NCBI GenBank assembly: GCA_051382295.1 | Contig: JBBCAW010000010.1 | Coordinates: 1 to 64,000, forward strand | From: Bdellovibrionota bacterium FG-1 | GTDB taxonomy: Bacteria > Bdellovibrionota > UBA1018 | Direction: 5' to 3' | Length of the DNA stretch: 64,000 nt | Shown: piece by piece, positions 16,146 to 28,800 of the stretch | Numbering within the stretch: the first letter of the stretch is position 1 | How the letters are laid out: every line of letters starts with the position of its first letter | Translations under genes and position numbers: made by a program | Notes under the pieces: generated by a model | What the model was told of the DNA's origin: nothing | The model's database searches: none | Seen by the model: the letters and a program-made list of their open reading frames with translations, nothing else

Positions 16146-17840
16146 CTACACCCGAACATCAATAATCTTAAACTGATCCACATCGACCAACCCGCGATCC
16201 GTCAGCTTGAGCGAAGGAATCACGGGTAAACTCAAAAAAGCCAATTGCAAAAAAGGTTCTGGAAGTTCGCAACCAATGGACTGACCGGCTTTTCTTAATT
16301 CCATCAGAGATTGCGTCACTTTTTTGGGATCTTGATCGGTCATGAGCCCTCCAAAAGGAAGCGCTAAATGCGCAAGAATGGCCCCATCCTTCACGACACA
16401 AAACCCACCGCCACTTTGAATCAAAGCCGCCAGCGCAGCTCGCATGTCCGAGGTCGCGCTCCCCACCACAATTAAATTATGGCTATCGTGCCCCACACTC
16501 GAAGCGATCGCACCTTTGAAGCTTGCGCCAAATCCCGTGACATAACCATTTGCCGGCTTTGAACCATGTCCGTATCTTTCTAAAACCGAAAGTCGCGCCA
16601 CACCCACCGCATCATGAGCTAAAATGTGATGCCGAGTTAAAATTTTACCAGCCTCCACGCCAATCACATGCACTCGTCCCACGGGGCCCTCGAGATCCGA
16701 AATTTCCGGGGCAACCGCTTTAACGGTATTCGCAAAGGAGCCCTTTTTAGTGACCGAGAAATTAAGTTCCTGAACTGGTTTTCCGGCACTGAAAACCGAC
16801 TCAATCGCAACCTGCTCAGGATCTCGGAGCACCACTAAATCAGCCACATATCCGGGTGCAATCGCGCCTTTTCCTTTTAGTCCGTAATGCCGCGCCACAC
16901 TCCAAGAGGCCGCGCGAAACGCCACCGCTGCAGAAACCCCCAATGCAATCGCACTCCGAACCAAATGGTCCAGATGACCTTCGCTCGCAATATCCAAGGG
17001 GTTGCGATCATCTGTACAAAAACCGATGCTCGTCGAAGTCGCCAGAGTCAACAGCGGCGCCAACGCATGAAGGTCTTTGGCGACACTTCCTTCACGAATC
17101 CAAATGGAGATTCCTTTTTTCAATTTTTCGGCGGCCTCCTCAAAACGAGAAGACTCGTGACAACTCGAAATTCCTGCCGCAGCATAGGCCGAAAGCGCGG
17201 CCCCACTTAAAAGTGGACAGTGACCATCCATCGGAACATTCGAAAACTTTTCGAGTTTCTCTAAAATGGCGGGATCCGCCCCGAGAACACCAGGCACATT
17301 CATCATCTCCGCGAGTCCCAAGGCTTTGGGGTGCGAAAGAAAAGGGAGCAAGTCGGATGCACTCAGAACCCCGCCCCCATTGGTTTCCATCTGCGTGGCG
17401 GGCACGCACGAACTCAGCATGACCCGAAGATCGAGCGACATTCCGCTTGCTTGATCCAAAAAATATTGAAGCGCCGGCACTCCCACCACATTACTTAATT
17501 CGTGAGGATCGCAAATCGCCGTAGTCGTCCCTTGCGGCAGCACCACTTCTTCAAAATGATGAGGGACCAAAAGCGAGCTTTCGACATGCACGTGAGCGTC
17601 GATAAAACCGGGCACGAGCCAACGTCGCTGCCCACCCGCGCGGCCTTCCAAAATACGTTGCCCTTGAAGGCCCGGTTCCAACCCCACGATAACGCCATCG
17701 ATAATCGAAATATCGCCTTCACGCCATTCACAGGAAAAAATGTCTAAATAATGAAAGCCCTTCAAAACCCAATCACAAGGAATCCGACCTTGAGCCGCGT
17801 CGATCCGCCGCCGAAGTTGGAGCGAATGAGCAGGCCTCAT
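16146..17840 (-). CDS. ade: Adenine deaminase
   Basis: PGFIDAHVHVESS, DPHE, LAEMMN, DGHCP, HE, FCTDDR, SSVGHDSHN. Confidence 0.93.
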   Translation of the reverse strand: MRPAHSLQLRRRIDAAQGRIPCDWVLKGFHYLDIFSCEWREGDISIIDGVIVGLEPGLQGQRILEGRAGGQRRWLVPGFIDAHVHVESSLLVPHHFEEVVLPQGTTTAICDPHELSNVVGVPALQYFLDQASGMSLDLRVMLSSCVPATQMETNGGGVLSASDLLPFLSHPKALGLAEMMNVPGVLGADPAILEKLEKFSNVPMDGHCPLLSGAALSAYAAAGISSCHESSRFEEAAEKLKKGISIWIREGSVAKDLHALAPLLTLATSTSIGFCTDDRNPLDIASEGHLDHLVRSAIALGVSAAVAFRAASWSVARHYGLKGKGAIAPGYVADLVVLRDPEQVAIESVFSAGKPVQELNFSVTKKGSFANTVKAVAPEISDLEGPVGRVHVIGVEAGKILTRHHILAHDAVGVARLSVLERYGHGSKPANGYVTGFGASFKGAIASSVGHDSHNLIVVGSATSDMRAALAALIQSGGGFCVVKDGAILAHLALPFGGLMTDQDPKKVTQSLMELRKAGQSIGCELPEPFLQLAFLSLPVIPSLKLTDRGLVDVDQFKIIDVRV

Positions 17841-18700
17841 GTTTCAGATCCTTCACCTCGAGCGCCTCGAGTCGGGCCAGCTGGCAACAACCCTGCCTTG
17901 AGCTTCAGTTCGGCATCTGAGGCACGAAGATAACGAGGATAAATATCCAGCGCTGGTCGGGCATGGCCGGCCTGAAACGCCTCCCAAACCAACTGACCCA
18001 AATACCGTCCTTGAATCTGATCTGGAAAAGACAGTGACAAATCCAGGCGCTTTGCCTGCGGAAGGTTTTTCCATGCCTCGAGATAACGATGGCGCCCCTC
18101 GCCTACGACTACCCAACCCGAGGCGCCGGCGCCTTCCGTGAGCTTTCGCTTAATACCTTTGATCAAATCATCCGGAGAAAGCACCTGTTCTTCAACTCCT
18201 CGCTTCCAAAGTCCCGGAACATCTCCATCCGAAAGACTGACACAATCCAAAATCGAGCGCGCGCTTCCCCAAAGACAAAAAAGCTCGCCCTTACAAGCGT
18301 CGGTCGCCGCCACCACGACAGCCCGAGAACGTGCCCCTTTTCCAACCGAAAAAGCCAAAGCCGCAGGCCGGACTAACGCCGCAAGACTCGAGACACCAAT
18401 CAGGGGTTTTTTCAGAGTATGAGCCAACGTTCGCGCCGTCGTCACCCCGATGCGAAGGCCCGTAAAACTTCCCGGTCCAACACCCACGCCAAGAACGTCC
18501 ACCTGTTCGAGCGTCCATCGCGCGGCTTCCAAAACCTGGTCAATCCCCCATAGTAGGCGCTCTGAATGGGCCGAATCGACATTGAAGGCTAATTCTGTCA
18601 CCAGGCGCACGGCCTGCCAACCCTCTTTAGAGGCGGCATCCCACTCTAAGGCGACAATCGTGCCAGCTTTAGATGATGTGTCCCAAGCCAGGAGCTTCAT
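17837..18700 (-). CDS. tsaB: tRNA threonylcarbamoyladenosine biosynthesis protein TsaB
   Basis: LAWDTSS, HSERLL, GVGPGSFTGLRIG, PRYLRAS. Confidence 0.93.
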   Translation of the reverse strand: MKLLAWDTSSKAGTIVALEWDAASKEGWQAVRLVTELAFNVDSAHSERLLWGIDQVLEAARWTLEQVDVLGVGVGPGSFTGLRIGVTTARTLAHTLKKPLIGVSSLAALVRPAALAFSVGKGARSRAVVVAATDACKGELFCLWGSARSILDCVSLSDGDVPGLWKRGVEEQVLSPDDLIKGIKRKLTEGAGASGWVVVGEGRHRYLEAWKNLPQAKRLDLSLSFPDQIQGRYLGQLVWEAFQAGHARPALDIYPRYLRASDAELKLKAGLLPAGPTRGARGEGSET

Positions 18701-20329
18701 TCAAGAGGTCATCCGAGAAATGTCATTTTTGAACACCAAAACCATCAGCAATAAAATCAGGCACAAACCCACACTTTGAATAATTTCCATTTGCTTCAGC
18801 GTGAGGGGACGACCCCGAACGGACTCCAGCAAAAGCAACACCAAATGGCCGCCGTCCAAAACCGGGACCGGCAAAACATTCAGGACGCCCAGCCCAATCG
18901 ACAGAATCGCCATCGTTGTTAAAACGGCGATCAATCCATGGGCCAATGACTCACCGGCGATTTTTCCGATCATAATCGGGCCACCCAGCGTCTTGGACGA
19001 AACACTGCCACCTAACATCTTGCCAATCGATACAAAGTTACGTGCCGTAAGCGTGTAAACCCGTTCGATTCCACGATACAAAAGAACAAAGGGATTCCAC
19101 ACTCGTTCAACCACCGTCGCTGGTTCGACCGTCGTCAACATCGGCATGATCCCAACAGTATAAGTGGTGGTCTTATTCAATAGGGCATCTTTGCCAGCCG
19201 TGGCCGTAGGATCCACGGTCACTCCCGTGGTTTTTCCTCCCCGCTCCCAACTCAACGTCACTTTTCCTATCCGCTCGCCACTGCTTTGCACCGCTTCTTT
19301 CAGTTCAAAAAAACTCCGCATCGGTATGCCACCGATCGAAATCAAACGATCACCGGATTTAAGCCCCGCCTTTTCAGCGGGTGAATCCGCAATCGTCTTA
19401 TCAATAAAAAGCTCTGACGAATTTAAACCCCAGTCCGCGCCCGGTTCCCCTGCCCCGTTGAAAGGTTTAGTGAACGTGACCAACCGCGGATTTACGCCAT
19501 GCGAATCGACCGCTTTGAGGCGTACCGCCTGGCCAGATCCTAGCTGCCCGTAACGAAATTCCAATTCTTCCCAATTCGTCAGAGCGGTTCCATCCCATTC
19601 GACGATTTGATCACCGGTTTTGAGACCTGCCAACCCAGCCACCGATTGTGGCTTGGAGACCCCCACATGGGTCGAGCGCGAAAAGGGCAATAAACCCTGG
19701 ATTTCACCCACACGGGTCTGTTCGCCATACACATTCAAGCCATTTTCGGTCCCGGCAGTCACGGATAGAACGGCAGTCCCTTTTCCATGAGGATGCTGCA
19801 CTTCAAATTGCATTTGGCGACCGGGATTTTCATTCAGGGCGAGCAACACTTCTTCGAATCGCCGAACCGGCTTGTCGCCAATCTTCAGGATCTGATCACC
19901 ACTCTGAAAACCCGCCTTTTCAGCGACCGAATGGTGCACTACTCGGCCCACCACACTGGCCATTTGCTTTTCACCCAAAGCCAAAATCGCCATGAAGATC
20001 ACAATGGCAAAAAGAAAATTAAAAAGAGGCCCACCAAAAAATATGAAAAATCTTTTCCAGGGCGGCTGCCGATGCAAAGCACGTGCAGTATCCGTTGGAT
20101 TCAGCTCTGCCTCTCGGTCTTCACCCAAAAGTTTGACGTAACCCCCTAAAGGTATAGCTGAAACCCGCCATTCGGTTTCACCGATTTGCTTACCCCAAAC
20201 TCGGGGTCCAAAACCGATTGAAAAAATTTCGGCACGAACACCAAAGAGGCGCGCAAAAAAGTAATGCCCAAATTCATGCACAACTACCAAAGGGCCCAAG
20301 ATAATCAAAAACCCAAGCACTGAAATCAT
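18701..20329 (-). CDS. rseP: RIP metalloprotease RseP
   Basis: HEFGH, FSIGFG, PLGGYVK, three PDZ-like segments, NVLPVPVLDGG. Confidence 0.95.
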   Translation of the reverse strand: MISVLGFLIILGPLVVVHEFGHYFFARLFGVRAEIFSIGFGPRVWGKQIGETEWRVSAIPLGGYVKLLGEDREAELNPTDTARALHRQPPWKRFFIFFGGPLFNFLFAIVIFMAILALGEKQMASVVGRVVHHSVAEKAGFQSGDQILKIGDKPVRRFEEVLLALNENPGRQMQFEVQHPHGKGTAVLSVTAGTENGLNVYGEQTRVGEIQGLLPFSRSTHVGVSKPQSVAGLAGLKTGDQIVEWDGTALTNWEELEFRYGQLGSGQAVRLKAVDSHGVNPRLVTFTKPFNGAGEPGADWGLNSSELFIDKTIADSPAEKAGLKSGDRLISIGGIPMRSFFELKEAVQSSGERIGKVTLSWERGGKTTGVTVDPTATAGKDALLNKTTTYTVGIMPMLTTVEPATVVERVWNPFVLLYRGIERVYTLTARNFVSIGKMLGGSVSSKTLGGPIMIGKIAGESLAHGLIAVLTTMAILSIGLGVLNVLPVPVLDGGHLVLLLLESVRGRPLTLKQMEIIQSVGLCLILLLMVLVFKNDISRMTS

Positions 20330-20371
20330 GTCTGGACGACTCCGTTTTTAGGATGAAGAGGGAATACAGAT

Positions 20372-21193
20372 CTAATTCAAGAAGCGAATACAAGCATACA
20401 TCACAGGCAAACTAAACACTACTCCATCAAAACGATCCAAGAATCCCCCATGACCGGGCAAAATCGATCCGGAATCCTTGGTATGATATGCCCGCTTAAT
20501 CAGGCTTTCACAAAGATCGCCCAGTTGTGCCATGACGCCGACCAGCCCAGGCGTCACAAAAACGGCGGCCCATGGCATCTCTCGAAAAAAGGTCAACTTT
20601 GCAATCAGAGCCAAGACATAGCCTGCGGCAAGACCACCCATGGCCCCTTCGCGAGTCTTTTTAGGGCTAATGACCGGATAAAGTTTGGTGTGCCCATACT
20701 TCTTACCCGTAAAATAAGCTCCAGTATCCCCCGCAAATACAATAAGAAGGAAAACGATCGTCCATTCAATTCCATTCACTGCTTGATGAATCCTGGGCAG
20801 AAAAAAGGGAAGAAAGGACAGGTAGATCAACCCCAAGACCGAAAGAGCCAACTCATTGAAGTGGGTCGTGAAGGCCGCCCCGGTATGACGCCATGCAGTA
20901 AGCAAGAAATAAAGAAATAACCCCAGAATACAAAAGATCAGGGTTTCAAATTCGGAGCGAGGAACCAAAAACAGTACCCAAGAGGAAAACCAAGAGACAC
21001 AAAGTAATGCGTACCTTTTTTCAACCTGATCGCTCAAAGTGAGCGTCATCTTGGCATATTCAAAAAGCATCCCCAAAGAAAGGATGACTGTCAAAACAAA
21101 GATTCCGATCCAGCCACCCCAAATGATCAAAGCAAGAAGAAAGGCCCCCCCGACCACACCGGTTGAGACTCGCTTGCTGAGTTCAGAATTCAT
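20372..21193 (-). CDS. cdsA: Phosphatidate cytidylyltransferase
   Basis: DTGAYFTG, ISPKKTREG, GDLCESLIKR...KDSGSILPGHGGFLDRFD. Confidence 0.96.
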   Translation of the reverse strand: MNSELSKRVSTGVVGGAFLLALIIWGGWIGIFVLTVILSLGMLFEYAKMTLTLSDQVEKRYALLCVSWFSSWVLFLVPRSEFETLIFCILGLFLYFLLTAWRHTGAAFTTHFNELALSVLGLIYLSFLPFFLPRIHQAVNGIEWTIVFLLIVFAGDTGAYFTGKKYGHTKLYPVISPKKTREGAMGGLAAGYVLALIAKLTFFREMPWAAVFVTPGLVGVMAQLGDLCESLIKRAYHTKDSGSILPGHGGFLDRFDGVVFSLPVMYACIRFLN

Positions 21194-21903
21194 TTTACAC
21201 CACCAAATCGACGTTCACGTGACGAGTAACTCTCGACCGCTTCCTGTAAACTCTCAGGCCCAAAATCCGGCCAACAAAGATCGGTAAAGAAAAACTCAGC
21301 ATAAGCTGCCTGCCAGAGTAAAAAATTGCTGATCCGTTTTTCGCCACTGGTGCGAATCAATAAATCAATATCTGCTAAATCACCCAGCTTCTCAGTCCAA
21401 AGATAACGAGGCAAAAGTGCTTCATCGAGATCGGAGGGCACCTTCTTGCCACTGAGACAGTCCTCGGCAAAAAGTCTCGCGGCGCGCACCAGTTCACGTC
21501 GAGAGCCATAGGAAAGCGCAAAAGTGAGCTGCAACCCCGTATTCCCGCTCAAGCGAGCGATCGACCGATCCAATACCTCACGAACGTCAGGGGCCAGGCG
21601 TTCAGTTTCGCCAATGACATGCATCCTAACATTCTGCCGGTTCAATTCGTCGAGTTCGCGAGTCAGAAACTTTTTAAGAAGTTTCCAGAGCACCCGCAAT
21701 TCAGTAGCCGGCCGCATCCAATTTTCAGTCGAAAATGCGTAAAGGGTAAGAGCCTTCACTCCCAGCTGGTCGGCTTCGCGAACGACTGTTTTAACACGCG
21801 CAGTGCCCCTGACGTGGCCGTAAACCCGAGGGTGCCGCCGTCGCTGCGCCCAACGTCCGTTCCCGTCCATAATAATCGCAATGTGACGTGGGACGTGCAT
21901 CAT
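21190..21903 (-). CDS. uppS: Undecaprenyl diphosphate synthase
   Basis: HIAIIMDGNGRWA, FSTENW, RTSGEKRISNFLLWQ. Confidence 0.97.
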   Translation of the reverse strand: MMHVPRHIAIIMDGNGRWAQRRRHPRVYGHVRGTARVKTVVREADQLGVKALTLYAFSTENWMRPATELRVLWKLLKKFLTRELDELNRQNVRMHVIGETERLAPDVREVLDRSIARLSGNTGLQLTFALSYGSRRELVRAARLFAEDCLSGKKVPSDLDEALLPRYLWTEKLGDLADIDLLIRTSGEKRISNFLLWQAAYAEFFFTDLCWPDFGPESLQEAVESYSSRERRFGGVK

Positions 21904-21911
21904 TGCCGCCG

Positions 21912-22469
21912 TTACATCGTCAGGATTTCTTTTTCCTTGGCAGCGACGATCTTATCGACCTCACCCGTCTTTTCGTCCGTTTTCTTTTGAACTAAGTCGA
22001 GGGCCTTTTTAGCATCATCCTCTGAAAGAACTTTTGCTTTTTCCTGTTTTTTCACTTCTTCATTGGCATCACGACGGTGATTACGAATAGCAACCTTGCC
22101 CTCTTCGCCCATTTTCTTCACCTGTTTAGCAAGCTCCTTGCGGCGATCTTCAGTCATGGCAGGCACGCTGATTCGAATCACTTTGCCATCATTTTGAGGG
22201 GTCAAACCGATGTTGGCCGCAAGAATCGCCTTTTCGATTGCGCCCACCTGACCGGCTTCCCACGGTGCGATTTGAATGGTGCGGGCATCGGGGGTAGTCA
22301 CGTTGGCGACTTGATTGACCGGAACATTCGACCCATAATAATCGACTTGTACGTTGTCCACCAAAGCCGTTGATGCACGACCCGTTCTCACCTTCACCAA
22401 TTCTCCCTTCAGAGATTGGATGGTCTTATCCATATGCTGAGCTATCGAATCAATAATCACTTTAGACAT
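21912..22469 (-). CDS. frr: Ribosome recycling factor
   Basis: VRTGRAS, YYG, IRNHRRDAN; start MSKVII after AGGAG. Confidence 0.97.
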   Translation of the reverse strand: MSKVIIDSIAQHMDKTIQSLKGELVKVRTGRASTALVDNVQVDYYGSNVPVNQVANVTTPDARTIQIAPWEAGQVGAIEKAILAANIGLTPQNDGKVIRISVPAMTEDRRKELAKQVKKMGEEGKVAIRNHRRDANEEVKKQEKAKVLSEDDAKKALDLVQKKTDEKTGEVDKIVAAKEKEILTM

Positions 22470-22479
22470 ATTATTTCTC

Positions 22480-23241
<762 letters not shown>

Positions 23242-23859
23242 TTAGTCAGTCGCAACTTCCTTCATGCCTTCACCCAATACAAACCGGGAAAATCGGCGAA
23301 TACTCATATTCTCACCCAAGGCGGCGATCGTCTCCTTGAGGAGTTGTTCGATCGTCTTGTTGGGGTCCTTCACGAATAGTTGGTTCATCAAGCAGTTGTC
23401 TTCATAAAACTTCTTGATCTTGCCTTCGGCGATCTTTTCCAAAACAGCTGCTGGTTTTCCAGATGCCTGCATCTGAGCAACCGCGATTTCTTTTTCCTTC
23501 GCAATCACATCCGCTGGAACTTCGTCAGACCGAACCCATTGAGGAGCCGCAGCCGCGACATGCATGGCCACATCCCGAACAAAGGACTTGAACTGTTCCG
23601 TACGAGCGACAAAGTCTGTTTCACAATTCACTTCAAGAAGAACACCGACCCGACCTTCGCCGTGAATATAGGATGAAACCGACCCTTCCTTCGTTGCACG
23701 CCCCGCCTTTTTTGACGCCGCGGCGATGCCTTTTTTGCGCAAATAGTCGATGGCTTTTTCGAAATCACCGGAGGCTTCGGAGAGGGCCTTTTTGCAATCC
23801 ATCATGCCCGCGCCGGTTTTCTCGCGAAGTTCCTTTACCATGCTTGCTGAAATTTCCAT
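23242..23859 (-). CDS. tsf: Elongation factor Ts (short form)
   Basis: VKELREKTGAGMMDCKKAL, NCETDFVAR. Confidence 0.98.
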   Translation of the reverse strand: MEISASMVKELREKTGAGMMDCKKALSEASGDFEKAIDYLRKKGIAAASKKAGRATKEGSVSSYIHGEGRVGVLLEVNCETDFVARTEQFKSFVRDVAMHVAAAAPQWVRSDEVPADVIAKEKEIAVAQMQASGKPAAVLEKIAEGKIKKFYEDNCLMNQLFVKDPNKTIEQLLKETIAALGENMSIRRFSRFVLGEGMKEVATD

Positions 23860-23885
23860 TTTTTGCGGTCCTTTCTCGCAAGTTT

Positions 23886-24827
23886 TTACGCTTTTTTAGT
23901 GCGCGGCTTAGCAGCAGCCTTAGCAGGAGCAACTTCAGACTGTTTTTCAACGGCAGCTACCGGAGCAGCGGCGGCTTCAACGCCTGCAGCAGTTTCTTCC
24001 ACGGCGGCTTCTTGAGCATCCAAATCGGCTTCATCAACCCCTTGAAGATCGATGTCACCTTCAAAGCGGGAAACCTTCTTTTCCGTATCGGCCTCTTCGC
24101 GAGCGGCGGCTTCCGAAACTTCTTGTGCGCGGAGTTTTTCCTGAAAGGTCTTGATGCCTTCAAGGCAACTATCTGCGATCAAACGCGCAAAAAGGCGAAT
24201 CGAACGAATCGCATCGTCATTGCCCGGAATCACGTAACTAATATTGGATGGATCACAGTTGGTGTCCACAACCGCAATAGTGGGAATGCCCAATTTCTTG
24301 GCTTCCTTAATGGCGATATGCTCCTTTTCGGTGTCGATCACAAAGATCGCGCCCGGGAGTTTTTTCATGTCTTGAATACCACCCAACGACTTCTGAAGCT
24401 TGTCGAGTTCACGATCGTAACGGGACTGTTCTTTTTTCGGTACTTCATCCCATTCGGCTGAAACCTTGAGGGCTTCAATTTTCTTCAAGCGGTCAATGGA
24501 GGCTTTAACGGTTTGATAATTGGTCAACATGCCGCCAAGCCAGCGATTGGTGACATGGTACATACCAGCGCGCTTTGCTTCTTCTTCGACCACTTCTTTA
24601 GCTTGCTTCTTCGTGCCGACAAAAAGAACCTTCTTGCCTTCGGCAGTCACCGAGGCTGCGAAAGTACAAGCAGCGCGTGCTGAGTCGACCGTCTTTTGGA
24701 GATCGATGATATAAATGCCATTTCTGGCGCCAAAAACATAAGGCTTCATCCGAGGATTCCAACGACGGGTCTGATGACCAAAGTGGACACCAGCTTCGAG
24801 CAGTTCGCGCATAGTAACAGCGGGCAT
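23886..24827 (-). CDS. rpsB: 30S ribosomal protein S2
   Basis: [35 protein letters not shown]; start MPAVTM after AGGAG. Confidence 0.98.
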   Translation of the reverse strand: MPAVTMRELLEAGVHFGHQTRRWNPRMKPYVFGARNGIYIIDLQKTVDSARAACTFAASVTAEGKKVLFVGTKKQAKEVVEEEAKRAGMYHVTNRWLGGMLTNYQTVKASIDRLKKIEALKVSAEWDEVPKKEQSRYDRELDKLQKSLGGIQDMKKLPGAIFVIDTEKEHIAIKEAKKLGIPTIAVVDTNCDPSNISYVIPGNDDAIRSIRLFARLIADSCLEGIKTFQEKLRAQEVSEAAAREEADTEKKVSRFEGDIDLQGVDEADLDAQEAAVEETAAGVEAAAAPVAAVEKQSEVAPAKAAAKPRTKKA

Positions 24828-25091
24828 TGAAAGAAACTCCTGATCGTTTTTGAGAACGAAATAAAAAAGCGGAATGCGAAACACTGTGGAATGCGCACTT
24901 GCCGCGGTTATTGAGGAATCGGGGCATCAGAAACAACTCCGATGTCGAAACCTCCCTCCACCTCGTCTTACCAAGGAAATCAATGACTTACCAGTCTTGA
25001 CACCCTTAGCACCACGTTTTGCCCAGATTAAAGGCATGACTGAGGTGTGTGTGTTGATGTGGGTATTATCGAAAGAGGAAGGAAGAAGCAA

Positions 25092-25823
25092 TTAAAAAGT
25101 CACGCCAAACGAACCCCCAAAATAGGGGATAAATCGCCCGCTAACGGCAAACGGATCCGAAACCCTCAAAAAAGCGATCTCGACATCCCCCTCAAACCTG
25201 CCTTCCGAAAACTTCATGCCCAAGTTGGTCCCATAGTCATGCGAATAGTCCGAAACAAGAGTGCTACCCAGATTCCCTGAAACGTAAGAACGCATAAAAA
25301 TGAGACCGCTATAAGCCGTCATCAAAGGGCTAATCTTAAAACTCACCGGAAAGGCGAGATCCACGCAATTCGCCGAAATCGTTTGAGTCATCTCGACGGG
25401 CTGCCCTGCGGTTAAATACGTCAAAGTTCCGCTCCCCGACGCCGCGCCGTACCCCAAACTCACGGCCGAGGCAAACCGGCCCCCTAGCCTGACGATTTCG
25501 TACTTTGCACCGAGGCGCCAACCTCCACCGCTCGATGAGAAAAGCGCACCCAACTGAACATCGAACTTAGGGGAAACCCCCGCCTCGCCTCTCACCCCTA
25601 AAACAGTGCCCTGAAAAAGCGAAGCGCCCTGGTCAATTCCCAATGTTTGGTCAGTCGCGAGCGGCTCGAAAACCCGCGCGGTTTCGATATGCCCCATCAC
25701 TCGAAAACGTTGCGTGCCCAACGCCTCTGCGGTCTGATGGCGCAACACGGGGATAGCCACCGTCGAACAACCGCTTAATAAGATGATGGCAACCGCCGCA
25801 ATAAAGGCGACATGAACACGCAT
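25092..25823 (-). CDS. Hypothetical lipoprotein/outer-membrane beta-barrel-like protein
   Basis: Lipobox LSGC, alternating beta pattern, C-terminal Phe. Confidence 0.7.
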   Translation of the reverse strand: MRVHVAFIAAVAIILLSGCSTVAIPVLRHQTAEALGTQRFRVMGHIETARVFEPLATDQTLGIDQGASLFQGTVLGVRGEAGVSPKFDVQLGALFSSSGGGWRLGAKYEIVRLGGRFASAVSLGYGAASGSGTLTYLTAGQPVEMTQTISANCVDLAFPVSFKISPLMTAYSGLIFMRSYVSGNLGSTLVSDYSHDYGTNLGMKFSEGRFEGDVEIAFLRVSDPFAVSGRFIPYFGGSFGVTF

Positions 25824-25826
25824 CTT

Positions 25827-28800
25827 CTAAAGAGCCGAGGCCCGCTCCTCGGACGGCAAATCTTCGCGCGCGGGCCCTTCCGCTTGATCGACTTCATCCG
25901 CGTCTTCACCCAGATCTGCATTAGGGTTGAGCAAATCCAACAACTGTTTTCGAGAAAAGCCCTTGAGTCCTTGAGGAGACTCTTCGATGAGTGCGTCCGA
26001 AAGCGCCAATTTGTTTTCAATAATACCCGCAATACGGTCTTCGACTGTCCCCGGAATCTGAAGCTTAAAGACCTGCACGCCCCGAGTCTGACCAATGCGA
26101 TGAAGCCGATCGGTGGCCTGATTTTCTTTAGCGGGGTTCCACCAACGATCCATATGAATGCACACACTTCCCGCCGTCAGATCGATCCCCAGCCCACCCG
26201 CAAGCAGACTACAAACAAAGACCTTGCACTCTGGCTCATTGGCAAATTTAGCTAACCGCGCAGCCCGATCCAAAGTATCACCGCGCAACTCCGTGTAACC
26301 CACGCTTTTAGACTGAAGAAAGTCTCCCACCAAATCGATCATTCCTAAATATTGAGTAAAGACCACGATCTTAAGATCAGAACCCAGAGCCTCATTGAGG
26401 ATTTCCTCGAAAACCTCCCATTTACCGCTTTCAAACGGATTAATGGATTTATGCAAGGGTTGAGGCTTAACGATCACGCCCCTCCCCGCAGACTTCTGCA
26501 AGGCTTCGGCGGCAACCAATAATCGAGATGAGGCAACCGCCTGACCCTTCTTTTTTCCGCCCTTGGGCACATCAACCGCTCGACGCCGAATCACTTGAAT
26601 CGGCGCTCCCACCGGCGCCGGCCCTTGAACGGCTATCGCCTTAGACTCCGACCTTTGATTGGCCGCCGCCGACAAGACGGGCAACTGCGGATGATCACAG
26701 ACCTGCTTCAGACGGGTCAATAGCGCGAGAATGCCGGCGTAATCGACCTTACCCGCCCCTTCCAAACTCTGACGTACGTTGCTGGCCTCCGCGCTGGTGA
26801 GATAGGCACGGTAGATCTTTTTCTGAATGGCGGTCATCTGACAGAACCGAAGCTCTTCCGTTTTTTCAGGCAATTCGGTTAACACCTGCGCCTTAGTTCG
26901 ACGGAGCAAAAAGGGAGACGTCAGCCGCTTGAGGGCCTGCGCCTGGCTGTCGTTCAAAATATCTCGACCTGAACCATACAAGCGCTTAAACCGAGCCAAG
27001 GAGCCGAAGTAACCAGGAATCAAAAATTCCATTAAAGACCAAAGATCCGAGGCCTGATTTTCAACCGGAGTCCCGGTCATCGCAATCCTGAACTTACTCT
27101 TCAGCGCACGAGCCGACCGAGCCGAAAGCGTACTTGAGTTTTTGATCGCTTGCGCCTCATCCAAAATAACGGCGTGCCAATCACGCTCACGAAGGAGCGG
27201 CTCACGTTGTAAAATTCCATAAGTGGTCAAAATCATATCGGTCCCAGACTTAGGGAGCGTCCGACCTTTTCCGTGAAAAACATGCCATTTAAGGCCTGTT
27301 TCGTACTTTTCCATCTTTTGAATCCAAGCGGCCACGACGGAGGTGGGCGCCACCACAAGGGTAGGAAGCTTGGGCTTGCCCGTTCTGCGACGGTACATAC
27401 TCGTCAACAAGGCTAAGACTTGATGAGTTTTTCCAAGACCCATATCATCCGCTAACAAAGAGCTCAGGCCGCGGTGATACAGTGTCCACATCCAGGACAA
27501 TCCATTGATCTGATAATCGCGCAAACTAAAGCCATAATCGACCTTAGGAAGGCTCGGGATTTTCGCCTTAGAAAACTCTTTCCACCACTGGTGATACTCT
27601 TCCCAATCGGGGTCCACATTGACGGTTTCCACACCCAACTCAAGGCTGAGACGATAGACAGCGAGCGGATGAAGGGGGTACTCACCATCATCGTAGAGCG
27701 CCCCAAATGCCCCCGCCACTCCTTTACTACCCGGGAGCGATGCGGGATGAGGCGAATCAGCGCCGCCTTCTCCTTGAGCCGTTCCACTGCGATTACTATG
27801 CTGAGCCAATGTACTCAGTGAAGTCGCGAGCCGATAAATCTTGCCATCTTTCCAAACAAATTCGTTACTCAGATGGCCACGAGCCTGAAGCTCCTGCATC
27901 TCATCCGAAGAAAGCTTAAAATTATCGCCCTTAAATTCGTAGCTCAGGCTGCGACTGGAGGCTCCCTTTTTACCCACTGAAAAAGACGCGAGCCGCAAGG
28001 GTGTTGGATCAATCTCAGTTTGAATCGACGCATCCAAAACAATCTGATTGCGCTTTCGATCAGTCAACAAACGCCCTAAATTATCGAGGGCTTCACTGCC
28101 CTGAAAAATCACCTTTCCGGATTGAAGGGTCCCGACAATGGGAAGATCATTGCCCGCATGCGGGAGAATCTGCAATTCAACGCCTAGGCTGGTCTTAAAA
28201 ACCCCAGGATCGCGCATCCGCTGCAGATAATTCATCGTAATGACTTGAACGATTTTAGAAGCCGGATCGATATAACGGAGAGCAGGTTCGCAGGTCAGCG
28301 CCGAAATCGAACGCCCTTGAAACATCCCACGAACAAAGGTCACCGCTTCTGCCGGAACAGGAACCCGACGAGTCCGACCAGGAAGATCTTGAGGACCCAT
28401 ATATTGATGAAGCGCCGCTGCTTCAATCAAAGTGATGGGAACATTGTAAGTTCGCCCGTCCATGTCTCGTCCTTCGACCAAGGCTCCCACCTGAGACCGA
28501 GTGACCGTAAAGCTCGACTCCAATAAAATGGGATTGAGCTGTAAAAGTTTACGTAACCGACCATCCCGTTTGGCGCGCTCCTGATTGATAATCACCAGTG
28601 GCCGTGCGCTTGGCATGACCTCAGCCATCCCATAATCATGGCCACCAGCGCCGGAACGCAGCAGACTTCCACGTTCCACCACCCAAATCGCTAGGGCTGC
28701 CACGTGCTTACAATGGTCTTCATAGGCTCGATGAGCAGGACAAGAACACCTTGAATTAAGGATAGTACCACGAGCCATCACGAGACCCGTTTCGTAAGCC

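Noticed and set aside
23673..24461. 262-aa plus-strand ORF and similar long antisense ORFs (38702..39367, 56843..57637, 53400..53945)
   Set aside because: Shadows of well-supported genes on the opposite strand
24828..24960. rpsB leader (S2 autoregulatory RNA)
   Set aside because: Position fits, but I could not confirm the conserved structure by eye
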